Below, one piece after another: positions 25,668-39,924 of a stretch of DNA of 64,000 nt; the stretch's first letter is position 1, and each line of letters opens with the position of its first letter. The notes beneath the pieces are model-generated. The model did not search any database. It was not told where the DNA came from and was given only the letters and a program-made list of their open reading frames with translations. The DNA comes from Okamejei kenojei (Eukaryota). Made by a program: the position numbers and the translations under genes. The stretch spans positions 32,364,001 to 32,428,000 of the forward strand of contig CM069159.1 in NCBI GenBank assembly GCA_035221665.1, read 5' to 3'.

Positions 25668-26617
25668 GATGTTCAACATCTCCAAGTTTGCAGATGACAC
25701 GAAGCTGGGGGGCAGTGTTAGCTGTGAGGAGGATGCTAGCAGGCTGCAAGGTGATTTGGTTAGGTTGGGTGAGTGGGCAAATGCATGGCAGATGCAGTAT
25801 AATGTGGATAAATGTGAGGTTCTCCACTTTGGTGGCAAAAACAGGAAAGTAGGCTATTATTTGAATGGTGGCCGATTAGGAAAAGGGGGAGATGCAACGA
25901 GACCTGGGTGTCATGGTACACCAGTCATTGAAAGTAGGCATGCAGGTGCAGCAGGCAGTGAAGAAAGCGAATGGTATGTTCGCATTCATAGAAAAAGGAT
26001 TTGAGTATAGGAGCAGGGAGGTTCTGCTTCGATTGTACAGGGTTTTGGTGAGATCACACCTGGAGTATTGGGTACAGTTTTGGTCTCCAGATCTGAGGAA
26101 AGACATTCTTGCCATAGAGGGAGTACAGAGAAGGTTCACCAGTCTGATTCCTGGGATGTCAGGACTTTCATATGAAGAAAGACTGGATAGACACGGCTTG
26201 TACTCGCTAGAATTTAGAAGATTGAGGGGGGATCTTATAGAAAATTACAAATTTCTTAAGGGGTTGGACAGGCTAGATGCAGGAAGATTGTTCCCAATGT
26301 TGGGAAACTCCAGGACAAGGGGTCACAGTTTAAGGATAAGGGGGAAATCTTTTAGGACCGAGATGACAAAACATTTTTCACACAGAGAGTGGTGAATCTC
26401 TGGCATTCTCTGCCACAGAAGGTAGTTGAGGCCAGTTCATTGGCTATATTTAAGAGGGAGTTAGATGTGGCCCTTATGGCTAAAAGGATCATGGGGTATG
26501 GAGAGAAGGCAGGTACAGGATATCGAGTTGGATGATAAGCCATGATCATATTGAATGATGGTGCAGGCTCGAAGGGCCGAATGGCCTACTCCTGCACGTA
26601 CTTTCTATGTTTCTATG
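25668..26617 (+). mobile_element. 5'-truncated CR1 LINE (RT C-terminus and 3' UTR)
   Basis: SKFADDTKLGG...WQMQYNVDKC, RSHLEYWVQFWSP, TRGHSL motifs; (tttctatg)n tail. Confidence 0.92.
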
Positions 26618-27950
26618 AAAGCTGTTGTCACAAAGAACATTTCCATTGGCTATTACAAACTATCTGGGTGTTGGAGGAATGATGTTATAAATATGCCATG
26701 ACTTTAAAGAGTCCACAATTGTAGATTACCATATGATGGGCATCCTGAACACTCTTTGCCATTTGATTTACAGCCCCATTAATGTGATTTAATGCACATA
26801 ATAAAGTTGAAGAGGGGGTTTCAGTAGCTTTGCTTAACTGCAGACTTCATCGACAATTATCCGCAACATGTTCATGTGGATATCATTTCATCTGAACTCA
26901 ACTGATCAATACTCGGTATCTGCTTATCCCACTTTATCCACTTGCAATCAGAAACAGGAATGTTTTATACTGTTTTGGACACAAAGTGCTGGAGTAACTC
27001 AGCAGGTCAGGCAGCATCTCTGAAGGAAAAGGATGGGTGACGTTTCGGGTCGAAACCATTTCTCCAGATACCTTCCCTAGATTTCCACCGAAAATGTCAG
27101 CCATCCTATATCTCCAGAGATGCTGCCTGACACGCTGAGTTACTCCAGCAATTTGTGTCCATGTTGCAGGCCATAATGTCGGTATAGACCAGCATCTGCA
27201 GTTCCTCCCTATTCAAGTTTATACAATGAACTTTGAGGCACAGCGGTGCAGCTGGTAGAGCTGCTGCCTCACAGGGATCCAGGTGCGATCATGACCTTGG
27301 TTGCTGTCTGTACGGAGTTTTCATGTTCTCCCTGCGACCACATGGGTTTTCTCCAGGTGTTCCGGTTTCCTCCCACGTCCCGAAGACATGTGGGATTGTC
27401 GGTTAATTGGCCTGAAAATGGGATAATTTTGAACCCGTGTGAACAAGTGATAGATGGTTGGTGTGGACTCGGTGGGCCGAAGGCCTTTTTCCGTGCAGTA
27501 CCTTTGAAATGACCGGAACTAACAAAAACAAATGGCGCAGAAATGATAGAGATAACATTTTGGTTCTGTCTACAAGGACGAGAACACAAATAACATCCCA
27601 CAGAAATACTACAGAACCAAAAGACTAATGAAAAGGAAGACAGAAAGGAAATTAGTCTGAATGATAAAAAAGTAACGCTGGATAAAATAATGGGATTGGC
27701 TGTTGGTAAATCCTGGGGCCTGATGATCTACATCCAGGCTATTTAAAGAGAGAAACATAGAAATAGTGGACACATTTGTTATCATCTTTCAAATGTTTAT
27801 AGACTTCCGGTGGCGCTATGGAGGGCTAGAGGATAACGCCAGCCAGCTCCGCGCAAATAACGGGAAAAAAACGGGGATTTACGGACCTACCTGCTGCCTG
27901 CCGTCTCTGCACCGATTGTTGTGAGTGACGTCATCAGGCGCGCGACTAGT

Positions 27951-28815
27951 TATGTCTACAGCACGCAGCCCAACCGAAAAATCGAAAATTCGATCTACCA
28001 GGCTGAGACCGGCAGAAGGCCTGACTGAAGCCTCGGACTCAGGTAGGACCTCATCCCAGGAAGATGTGTCGAAAAGAACAGCGAAAAAAACGGAAGAACT
28101 TAAAACTTTTATTTCACGTGAAATTGCTGGTTTAAAGGAGGAAATAAACCAGATGAACACTGAAATGAAAGAATTACAACTTGAAACTAATTCCAATATT
28201 AATACCAAGGCCAAGAAAATATCGGAAGATTTGAAGAAAGATATCTCAGAAATGATGAGTGAAATGTCAAAGGAGATGAATGATAAGATTGAAAAGGTGA
28301 AAACCAACTTTGAAAAACGGCTGAATCCTGTGGAGAAGGTACTGGATCAACAAAACCTAAGAATCACGGGTATTCCTGAAGGGGGAGAGAAAGATGAAGA
28401 TCCCCGAGAATTTACTGCGAATCTACTGCAAAACGTTTTATCTCTGGAACAAAAGCCTTTATTAGCCCAAGCACACAGAGTGATGAGACGTCAGACAAGA
28501 CCAAATGCCCCCCCAAGACAAATGATAATAACGGTACAATATGACTACGTCCTGGAGGAGATAATGCAAATAACTTCGAGAAACAGAAACCTTGTATTTG
28601 AAGGACACAGGATTAGTATCTACCGAGATTACCCAGCAGAAGTTTCCAGGAAACGAAAAGCATTTAATGAATCTAAAAGTCTCATGAGGGGGATGGAAAA
28701 CTTGAAATATGGCCTGATTTACCCAGCTACTTTAAGAGTTACTTTTAACAAGAATGAATATTTTTTCTCCAATCCTGTGGAAGCACTGGACTTTGACCGG
28801 AAGATTAAGACCTGA
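27951..28815 (+). CDS. L1 ORF1 protein (coiled coil, RRM, CTD; Transposase_22-like)
   Basis: NLRITGIPEG, AHR...PRQMII, ISIYRDYPAEVSRKRKAF, YGLIYPATLRVTF motifs. Confidence 0.85.
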
Positions 28816-29759
28816 GAAGGCCTCATCATCGAATATACTGACTTTCATGGACTTTACAAGAATCTACAAGACTCTGTAAGACTTTATAAGGATTTGCAGG
28901 ACCGGATGGAACTGGATAACGCTGGATGGAAGCTGGAGAAAGATGTGGATCGGAAGACCTCGCATGGATGCTAATAATTAGTACAACTACATTACTAATA
29001 CAAACAACTAATAAACATTAAAATTATACTGTGGTATTTTCACTAATCACTAATTTTACTACTAATATAATAACTAATAAATATTAAAATTATACCGTAT
29101 CACTTTTATTAATTAGAATTAATCATTATTACTAATGACTAATGTTCATTTATATTGGAATGATTAGAGACAAATATAGAGCTGGATTTCATTTGTCCCC
29201 TTTGGAGATTTTTCTTTTACACCAGTAATTTTCATTTTTATTTCTTGTTTTCCTTTCTTTTCGTGTGTTTTTTTTTATAATTAGATTTTCAAATAAGTTT
29301 TAAATATATGTATTTTCACATTTTCGATTATTATAAACTGAATATTTCTTTTTCTTTTTTTTTTCTTTTTTTCAATTTAATACATATCATTATGGAATAA
29401 CAATTCCAAAAAACCAGGGAGCTGGTTAAGTTAGTAACATCAACTACGGAAGTCGGTAGATGGTTAGCCATGCTAGTATGGCTAGCACTAACTACAATAA
29501 TACTAGATGTAGTTTTTTCTTCCTTTGTGCACTATACTAACCTCTTAATCTACCCTCTCTTCTTTTCTTTTATAAACTATTATTGTTTTTTTCAGTTTGA
29601 ATGGAGTTATATAATGGATCAAAGGAGATATACACGTGAGAGGCATTCAAGGGACTTAAAATTCATCTATTCGGTGTTCGGGTGTAAGGTCGGGTCTGTC
29701 GGGCTGAGCCATTGGCTCTATTACAGACTCCCATAGACAAAAGATACAAGACTTAAAAA

Positions 29760-32700
29760 TGAATACGGGGAATGAAGGAATAACGTTTTGTAGCTAGAAC
29801 GTTAAAGGTATAAATGAACCAATTAAGAGAGGTAAAGTATTAGCACATTTAAAAGCAATTAAAGCTGATGTAATCTTTATTCAAGAAACTCATTAAAAAA
29901 AAGATGCTGAGCATTGGCTGAAAGCTAAATGGATAGATAAAACGTATCACTCTTCTTTTACACACAAATCAAGAGGTGTAGCAATATTATTTCGTAAAGG
30001 CATTTTATTCAAACATACATCAACTATAGCTGATAACGATGGCAGATACATTATTGTAATAGGAGAATTAAATGCACAAAAAATGATTTTTGTTAATGTG
30101 TATGGACCAAACTTTGATAGTCCATTGTTTTTTAAGAACATATTTAACAATATTCCGGAATTAACACAATATAACCTAATAATTGGAGGAGATTTAAATT
30201 GTACATTAGATCCTTACTTAGACAGATCTACAAGACAAAGGAAAATCAAATCCCATTCCAGTGACTTATTAAATGCATATATGGAAACTACTAATATTAA
30301 AGATGTTTGGAGAGTATAAAATCCCCCCTGGACAGAGAATATCCTTTTATTCGCGGTCATAAAACCTACTCAAAAATAGATTACTTTTTGGTCGATGCCA
30401 AACTTATTTCACTCACTTATAATTCTAAATATCACAATATTATAATTTGAGATCATGCACCCTTAACATTTAAGATTAAAATAAATGTTAAAACAGAAAA
30501 ACGGGGACAATGGAGATTTAATCCACAAATTTTAAAAAACAAAATAACTCAGGAATATATTGCAGAACAGATTAAGACTTTCTTTGAAATAAATGATAAA
30601 CCGGAAATATCTTGTTCCTTGTTATGGGAAACGTTTAAAGCATATCTCCGGGGAATTATGATTTCCTTTCAAGCATTTTATAATAAAAAGAATTGAAGGG
30701 ATCAACAAGAACTGGAAAAGGAGATCAAACAATTAGATACAGAGAATGCAGCTAATCCATCCATAATATTACATAATAAAATTGCAGCACTGAAATATAA
30801 ATTAAATAAAATATATTCAGATCAAGTTGTAAAACTTTATCAACACACTAAACAATTACAGTTTGAATTTGGAGATAAACCTAAAAAATTATTGGCTCGC
30901 CAATTAAGGAAGATGGAGGCAGAAAAAATAATCCACAGGATTAAATCACATAATGGCGAACTTTTAATACGACCTAAAGATATTAATGAGAGATTTCTGC
31001 AATATTATAAAAACTTATCCACTGCTAAAACAACAGAAAGCAAGATAGGAATAGAAGCATTTTTTTAAAAAAAGTAATCTGAAGGGGTTGGACTTACAAA
31101 ACAGAGAATCATTAAATGCTGAAATTTCAGTAAAAGAAATCCAAGAATCTATTAGATCATTAAAAAATGGTAAAACACCGGGACCAGATGGTATTGGCTC
31201 GGAATTTTATAAAATATTTTGTGATCAGATTGTACCACGTCTGAAAACATTATATGAATATATATATACACAGCAGAAACTACCAGAAACGTTAAATGAA
31301 TCTATTATAACACTTATACCTAAAATGAACAAAGATCTGGATGAACCAGGATCATTTAGAGCTATAGCCCTTTTAAATACTGATCAAAAGATATTAACTA
31401 AATATTAGCACAAAGGCTAAGCACAGTTATTAAACGAATAATTCACCCCGATCAAACAGGATTTATACGAAAACGATATTCCTCAAATAACTTGAGACGG
31501 TTATTCAATATTATATATTGGAAAAGAGGTATTAAAAAAGATCTAGTAGTCATTTTCGTTAGATGCAGAGAAAAGCCTTTCAGTCGAATGGTCATATTTG
31601 TTTTCGGTTATTTATGGAAACTTTTAAATTGGGAGAGAAGTTCATACTTGGATCAAATTATTATATACTAACCTAATAGCCAGAATAATAACAAATCAAT
31701 GCAAATCAACTAAATTCAGTTTTATCTCGAGCTGTAGACAAGGTTGCCCCTTTTTATTCCCACTACGTTTGCACTTGCAAATAGAACCGTTAGCTCAGAG
31801 GGTGAGATCACATCCTGAAATATATGGGTACGATACTAGAGATACTAAAAATAAAATTTCCCTATACGCGGATGATGTATTACTTTATATCACAAACCAG
31901 AAATTAGTACCAAAATTTGTTAAAATTAATCACTGAATTCGGATCTTTTCAGGATATAGTATCAATAGTGGAATAAAAGTGAACATGCCAATTAACGATA
32001 AATAACTTACCAACATATACAACAATTCCTTTTTAAAGATAACAAACTAAAAAATAAATATCTTGGAATTATGTAAACAAAAAGATATGCTTCTTTATTT
32101 TAAATCGTAACTTCCACTATTATTGAAATAAATAAATAAGAACATTATTTATGGGAAAACTCTAACCCCATTTCAATGTTTAGGTAAAATTTAATGTAAT
32201 AAAATTGATTTTTCCCTCCTCCCACAAATATTATATTTTTTTTTTTTCCAATTAATTCCGATATAACTGTCCTAACAATTTCTTAAGAAGGTGGACTCCC
32301 CAGTTACTACCCTATTATATTTGGGTATTTATAAGAGCCATAGAATAAATAAAAACATCTTATGTCAATTTAAAAATAAATTGAGGTTTTAGCATACCAA
32401 ACTTTTTTTATGTTTTATTTACTGGGCAGGTTAATATTAAAAATATGAAATTTTGGTTAGAAGAGACAGATAAACCAACCAATTTGGTTAAAAATGGAAA
32501 AAAAGAAGACTGTTCTCCTTTTGAAAATCAGTTCAATAATATTTGCTAATAGTAATTTAGATAAGAAAACTATAGTTGAAAATTACCCCGGATAATAGAA
32601 AGTGGAATACGTATTTGGGAAACAAATAAAAGGAAAACATTAAATCTGAAATCTATTCCACTAGCCCATTACCATTGTAAATAATATATAACATTTAAAC

Positions 32701-33585
32701 CTTCAATGATGGATATAAAGGCTTGTTTACAATGGAAATAAAAATAAGGGAAATTATCAAGATGGGCGATTCTCTTCAAGGAAAACTCTTTCCTTTCATT
32801 TCAAGGAATTACAACAAATTTATGGATTACATTCCAAAGATTATTTTAGATATCTACAAAATTAGAGACTATGGTAAAAGCGAAACACACAGGATCTTAG
32901 AAATAGAAGACAGAGGATTTTAGATGGAATGTCTAATTAAACATCCGACACAGAAAAATGATTTTCATATAGTATATATAAAATCATATTGGAATATGAT
33001 TCCCATCCAATCATGGGAAAACGGAATTAGGTCAACATTATAAGACCAGAACGTTTGCGGATGAAAGTTTACAAACACATCACATTGCTCGTTAAATGCT
33101 AGACACTCTCTTATACAGTTTAAAATTATTACATAGACTGCATTAATCAAAATCCAAAACTACATAAACATCTTTCCAAAAAGTATCTGCCATATGTGAT
33201 AAATGTCAGCACTTAGAAGCTAATTGGACACACTCATTTAAAATTGTGTTAAAAATTACAAAATTTTGGATAGAAATATTTAGGTAATTTCGAATGTTGT
33301 TAATATGAATTCTGATCTCCTGAACTATCAAAGTTAATAATATTAGGAATACTGGGAAACAGATCAATTAATAAACAAACGAAATCAAAGAATTTTATTG
33401 ATTATGGTTTAATATGGAAAAAAAATTAAATATTAAAATTCTGGAAAAGGTCCTACTATCCCCACAGCCAAAATGTGGAATACAGAAATGTCGGAGAACT
33501 CCATCTGGAAAGATTGAGGCTTGTCCTTAATGGGACAGGTTGGATCTTTTCAGAGGGATAGGTACTCCATATATGAATATTTAAA
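29760..33585 (+). pseudogene. L1 ORF2 (endonuclease and RT), multiple stops and frameshifts
   Basis: S*NVKG, IQETH, NVYGPN, IGGDLN, DVWR, KTPGPDG, FRAIALLNTDQKIL, YADD fragments. Confidence 0.88.
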
Positions 33586-36500
33586 GGTCAAAATGGCTCA
33601 GTGCGGAGGCTTTGAATGAGGCTTGAATAATGGATGGATGTAGAATTACTATAAAAAAATATCAAATGGTTATATCTCCGACGAAGGGATAATTGTTTAA
33701 ATACATTCATTTCCTTACTTTCTATATTATTTTTCTCTATCTTTTCCTACTTTATAAAAAATTAAAAATAATGTATAGATACATAAAGTCTTAAATATTA
33801 ATATTAATAATATTATGAATGTCTGTAAGAAGTACTTTTTATTAATATGTATTTACAACTAATAAAAAATATTTATCAAATGTTTATAGATTATGGAATA
33901 TTTGCTGCTGATTGGAAGGTGGTAAATTAATAACAGGAGGGAGAGAGAAAACCGGGAACTGCAGACCATTAGCGCGACATAATTAGGAAGGGAAAATAAA
34001 ATGTGCAGAGGGTATTAACAGGATTAGACAAAGTCAGGTTGGATTTATGAAAGATGAATTACAGTATGTTTGACAAACTAGCGAAGTCTTTGGGGATGTA
34101 ACAGAAGAGATAACGGTGAAGGAGTGGATATGCTACATGTGGATTTCCAGAAGGCCTTTGCTTGTGTCCCATGTAAGAGATTAGTGTGCAAAAGTAAAGC
34201 ACATGGGATTGGGAGTGTGGGGGGGGGGGGGGGGAGAGGTGGGGAATTTGGAGCACAGGTACCCCTTTGGTAAAAAAATGTAGGTATGTTTTAATTTTGT
34301 TTAGACCTTGGGAAAATGTTGCGGGTACAAATTGAACCTGGCTGTTTTGTACGCCAGCCACTGAACTGCCAGCCAGCCACAGGAGGGGAAAGGCAAGAAG
34401 AGCGTCAATGAGTACGTTTGCCATCATTGCAAATATGTTGTGAGGCACGGGCAAGAATGACGAGGGGACAATTTGGAAGAAGGCTATAAACCCCCCAAAA
34501 CTGGAGCCCCGGAGAAAACCCACGTGGTCACAAGGAAGAACGTACACACTCCTAGCAGGGACTGCACAAGTGGTCACGATCGAACCCGGGTCTCTGGCGC
34601 TAACCACCCTGACACCATTTTGGTACGCTTTTTTCTATTCACTGATTTTAAAATGTAGCGAAATAGTTTAAAAGAGGTACCTTCATAACCCTAGCTTTAT
34701 TTTTACAAATGTAATTTCAAATATTAATAGACATCTGTTTTTCTTCATAGCCCTTTCTATTGAAACAAACGGGCAATGTGTTTTTTTTTTATCATTTGCA
34801 AAATTGTTGCCAATATTGATTTTAGGGCAGTTGCATTTTATATTGACCATGATGTAAGAGTTTGTATTGGAACCGTTCCCTCGATCTCGTGCTTGGTAGG
34901 GTTGAGGATCAGGGACACGTGGCTGGAGACATTTTGGTGGGTGTAAGGTCCAGCAGTGGGGAGAAGTCAATTGCAAGGCAGAAACAAGGTGGAGGCCGGC
35001 ACACAACGCAAAATCCAGAAACCTCAGGAGCACATATGTCAGCCTGGAATCACGGGAAGGAACCAGTGTTTGGCTGAAATCCTGCCAAAGCTCTTTGTCA
35101 GTCACACACCCACAGGAGACAAAAGATCACGGTGAATAGAAGTTAGCATTTGAGCAGGGAAGCAGAGAGGAAAGGGAGCGGGGGTTAGGTTTGAGGTAGA
35201 CAGAAATGCTGGAGAAAACAGCGGGTGAGGCAGCCATTCTATGGAGCGAAGGAAATGGGCAACGTTTCGGGTTCGAAACCCTTTTCAGACTTCGAACACA
35301 AAATGTTCCTTTGCTCACCTCACCCTGCGTGAGTTTTCGTCCCAGCATTTCAGCATTTGTTACAAAGGGTTTTATGTGGACTATAATTCTTGGTAAGCAT
35401 TTCTCAGCAGCATCCGCAGCACCTGGTATGTTCTTTACACTAATAATGGGTGATTTTTATTGAATGGGACCAACCACTGGTTTCACACGGGGTTCTATGA
35501 AGATGACTCCTGGGGTGATGTGAAAGATGAGGAATATTTGCCAGTTCAGTTCCACACAAAAAACTGCATCTTAAATTAGATTATTTGGTGATGATAGAAT
35601 TCAATTACTGGCCTTAAGTGAAGCAAGGTGATGTAGGTGTTGTGTCTCCTCTGTCACATCCAGTAAATTCCAGGGACCTTTGGTTTGGGCCAGACTACAT
35701 TCAATATCCAATCATCCCTTGAATTGTTGTCCCTTTCATCAGTTGGCCAAACGAAGAACGAAGGCAACAGAGGAGATGGGGAGGATCCCACCTTGTCAAC
35801 TCTTGATGGACTGCCAGTAAGGATAAGTATAGATGGGTCTGGAAAAGATCAGTTACTGGAGCAAGAAACCTTGGTTGGGTTGATTTTTAAGTAAATTGAG
35901 GAGTGAGGGCTGGCGAAATGAGGTTGAGATTCACAATGCGCTGATGTGACCCGTCAGATCCATTGATGGAAATAATCAAATGAGATGCTCTCAGTTGTGC
36001 TCCAGCACCCCCCACCTTACTAACGCCTTCATTTCCCAAACATGCAGGTGAGACCAATTAGAATCTTTGAGGGTCTTTCAAGGGGAAATGTCTCGATCAG
36101 AGAGGTTGATGGGCATTAGTTGTGAACTAGAGTATGGGGACTGGAGATGTGGCAACAGTTGTACTCAAGTCTTGGATCTTCGGTGTATCGAGTACTGGAA
36201 TGTTCAAGTAAAAATTGAGACACAGAAATGACCATCTCACTGCTACAAACGTGGCTTTGACCTGTTGTGTGTGTGTTCCACAAGCCCAGGATTAGAACAT
36301 GACCAGGTATTTTACAAAGTAGAGGTTTAGTCAAAATGTGACATTTATTCCTTGCTTACTTACTTGGGCAAAATTGTAAAATAGGTGGGGGAATTCAACT
36401 GTGTAGGAAGGAACTGCAGATGCTGGTTTAAACCAAAGATAGACAAAAAAAAAGGCTGGAGTAAGTCAGGGGTCAGACAGCATCTCTGGTGAGAAGAATG

Positions 36501-36664
36501 GGTGACGTTTCGGGTCAAGACCTTTCTTTCAGACTGAGAAGGGTCTCGATCCGAAACGTCACCTATTCCTTTTTTCCCTAGATACGCTGCCTGAGCCGCT
36601 GAGTTACGCCCAACTTTTTGTGTCAATTTCCAGCATATATTTGCTGGACACAAACACTGAAAGA

Positions 36665-36830
36665 TGTTTATCCTTGACTCCAGCCTGACGGCACGTTAGG
36701 AAAGATGGAATTTGCACTGGTTGGCCATCTCTTATCAGATGTGGGAGATAATGTCCAGCTATGTTTAAAACAGCTGGGATCTGAGCCCCACACCAAGACC
36801 AACAGAGAGTCAATAGCAAGCACGGGGTAG
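36665..36830 (+). promoter_or_regulatory. Promoter/exon 1 paralog for copy 2 (TATA and donor appear corrupted)
   Basis: Homologous to 15961-16115 but with indels (atgtttaaaa; cacggggtagag) in a noisy region. Confidence 0.45.
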
Positions 36831-37913
36831 AGGGATTTTTTTTCTACTTCAGGCCGCACGGGAAGAAGACTGTGTAAAGTAGGAACTTTTTGATATTTCT
36901 GATATTCAGGATATTTCTCAAACTGAGTGCACTGGGTGTCACCAGGTCACATTGACTGGGGCACACTGGGACCAGTCCCAGCCAAGGTCGAGTCGGTTAG
37001 TCCAAGTGGGTGCAATGATAAGGACTCTTCTAACATCGTCAACACCTCTGAGAAAGATAGAGAACACACAGAGGTTTTCCATTCCTGGCTGTTGTAAAGA
37101 TCCCGAGGTCTGAATGTGATAAGTTTGCAGATCCTGAAGCTAATGGTGAGGACACTGCGAAGGCACAGTGGCACAGTGACTGCCTTTCAGCCCCCGACAC
37201 CCCGGTTCAGGTGACTACGGGTGCTGTCTGTATGGAGTTTGTACGTTCTCCCTGTGACCGTGTGGGTTTTATTCAGGTGCTCTCGTTTCCAAAGACGTGC
37301 AAGGTTGTATGTTAATCGGCTTTGGTAAATTAGTGTGTCGTAGTGTGGTGGAGAGAACTAGTGTTTGGGTGATTGTTGGTCAGCACGGACTTTGTGGGCT
37401 GAAGGGTCTGTTTTGCACATGCCGATAGGATGTCCCATCTACACTAGTCCCACCTGCCTGCCTTTGGCCCATATCCCTCTAAACCTTTCCTATCCATGTA
37501 CCTGTCTAAATGTTGTTAAAGTACCTGCCTCAACTACCTCCTCTGGCAGTTCATTCCATAAACCTACCTCCTTTAATGTAAAGAAAGATGCCCTTCTGCT
37601 TTCTAGTAAATGTTCCCCTCTCACCTTAAACCTATGTCCTCTGGTTCCTCAGTTCCCTACCCTGGATAAAAGGCTTTGCATTTACGCTATCTATTCCCCT
37701 AATGATGAAGGACAAAGGCTGGGTTTTTAAAGACAGGTAGTAGGAAGATTGAAGGGAAAGGTTGTCAAATTACTCGCGCTTGTCTCCAGAAATAAACTTC
37801 AAGATTTAAATCTCAACCTTTTTGGTAATGAATTGTGTGCTCAGTGAACGGTAATGTTTCTATCTGTTGATTTCTGCAGCCTTTACAGAGAGTTGAGGAC
37901 CTGACCTACCATC

Positions 37914-37956
37914 ATGAAGATATTCACTGTTGCTTTGGTGCTCTTGCTGGTTACAG
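37914..37956 (+). CDS. Small apolipoprotein-like secreted protein copy 2, signal-peptide exon
   Basis: Acceptor tttctgcag upstream, accatcATG, MKIFTVALVLLLVTG (43 nt, phase 1), donor g|gtacag. Confidence 0.85.
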
Positions 37957-38504
37957 GTACAGAAGACAAACTCTTCAAACTAACCGAAACACAATCATGA
38001 AAATGCACACGGAAAAATGTGAACGTACTAAATCGCCAGTATTGATTGCCCTCATTGACTTTCAATTTGTAGCATCTATTGATGAAGGGAGCAGTTTAGA
38101 TTAGTTTAGAGATACAGCGCGGGAAAACAGGGCCTTCAGCCCACCTTGTCCGCACCGACCAGCGATCCCCGCACATTAATACTATCCTACATACATCAGG
38201 GACAATTTTACATTGGTACCAAGCCAATTAACAATTGGTGGCACATCAAGGTGAGGGGGGCAGGTAACTGCTCATCTGATGGTGAGAGAGAGATCAAGTA
38301 TTGCCTGAGCAACAGGAAGAACTACCTTGTATTTTTTTCAAAACCTCCTTGGTCTTCTTCACAACCTCGTTGTTCTTCTTCAGAACAGGGGCAAGAGACC
38401 TTCCGTACCCACCTGAAGACACAAGGTTTTTCTTCTCTTCCAAAAGACTATAGTAACAGCCTGGATTCTCGTGCCTGTCAGTGTTTTCCAATGTTTCTCC
38501 ATAG

Positions 38505-38658
38505 GATCGCAGGGTGCAGTCATCCCTGCAGATAAGAGTCTGCAGGAAGATTCAACGGAATGGGACACTCCTTTGAGGGATTTGGGAAAGATCGGGGAAG
38601 AAATTGTGGACGTTGCCTGGGACAAATTGTCCAGTTGCACTTTGTTCAGAACATTTGC
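38505..38658 (+). CDS. Small apolipoprotein-like protein copy 2, middle coding exon
   Basis: tttctccatag| GSQGAVIPADKSLQEDSTEWDTPLRDLGKIGEEIVDVAWDKLSSCTLFRTFA |gtaagt; 154 nt, phase 1-2. Confidence 0.85.
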
Positions 38659-39924
38659 GTAAGTATTCAAAGTGATCTGGAACCGACCTTGTTGCCATTT
38701 GGTCTAATAGACAATAGACAATAGGGGCAGGAGTAGGCTGTTCGGCCCTTCAAGCCAGCACCGCCATTCAATGTGATCCTGGCTGATCATCCATACTCAG
38801 TACCCCGTTCCTGCTTCTCCCCATATCCCCTGACTACGCTATCTTCAAGAGCCCTATCTAGCTCTCCCTTGAAAGTTTCCAGAGAACCGGCCTCCACCGC
38901 CCTCTGAGGCAGAGAATTTTACACACTCACAACTCTCTGTGTGAAAAAGTTTTTCCTCATCTCTGTTCTAAATGGCTTACCCCTTATTCTTAAACGGTGG
39001 CCCCTGGTAATGGACTCTGTCACAATATGACCTGACCACAAATGTTGATTAATAGCACTGTTGTATAGATTATTGTGTTAAGTTAATAATTTGATTGAAG
39101 GTTTTTGTGAGGTTGGACGTGGAGAATCTAAGGCCAAGGATGAGTTCAAAAATAATGGGTTGTCCAGTGAAGCCAGAGAGTGGAATGAAATGGAAGTTTA
39201 CAAAATCATGAGAGGAATAGATCGGGTAGATGCACAGAGTCTCTTGCACAGAGTAAGGGAATCGAGGACCAGAGGACATAGGTTCAAGGTGAAGGGGAAA
39301 AGATTTAATATGAATCCAAGGGGTAACTTTTTCACACAAAGGATGGTGGGTGTACGGAACAAGCTGTCGGAGGAGGTAGTAGAGGCTGGGACTATCCCAT
39401 CGTTCAAAAGACAGTTGGACAGGTACATGGATAGGACAGGTTTGGCGGGATAGGGACCAAGCACAGGTAAGTGGGACGAGTGTAGCTGGGACATTGTTGG
39501 CCGGTGTGGGCAAGTTGGGCCGAAGGGCCTGTTTCCACACTGTATCACACTATGACTCTATGACTCCAGGAGGAGCGATATCTTCTCTCAGTGCCCTGAG
39601 TCACACTTGCGCAAAGGATGATGGGTATTTAGAGTTATTGAGTATTTTTAAGGTAACAATTCCTGCATAAAAGTTGTGAAAAGTTATCTAGGAGGCTGTG
39701 AAGGCTTTGGAGAAGGTGCAGAAGAGGTTTAACAGGAGGCTGACACAAAATGTTGGAGAAACTCAGCAGGTGAGGCAGTTTCTATGGAGGGAAGGAATTG
39801 GCGACGTTTCGGGTCGAGGCCCATCCTGGATTAGAGAGTAATTTAATGAGGAGAGCTTGGACAAACATGGATTGGTTTCCCTGGATCTACGGAGGCTGAG
39901 GGGTGCTGATAAAATTATATCAAA

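Larger units (their letters stand above)
27804..33875 (+). mobile_element. Full-length L1-clade LINE (ORF1, ~1 kb spacer, disrupted ORF2)
   Basis: 15-bp TSD tcaaatgtttataga (27789-27803 and 33876-33890); APE motifs, KTPGPDG, YADD at ~31864; AATAAA near the 3' end; absent from unit A. Confidence 0.93.
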
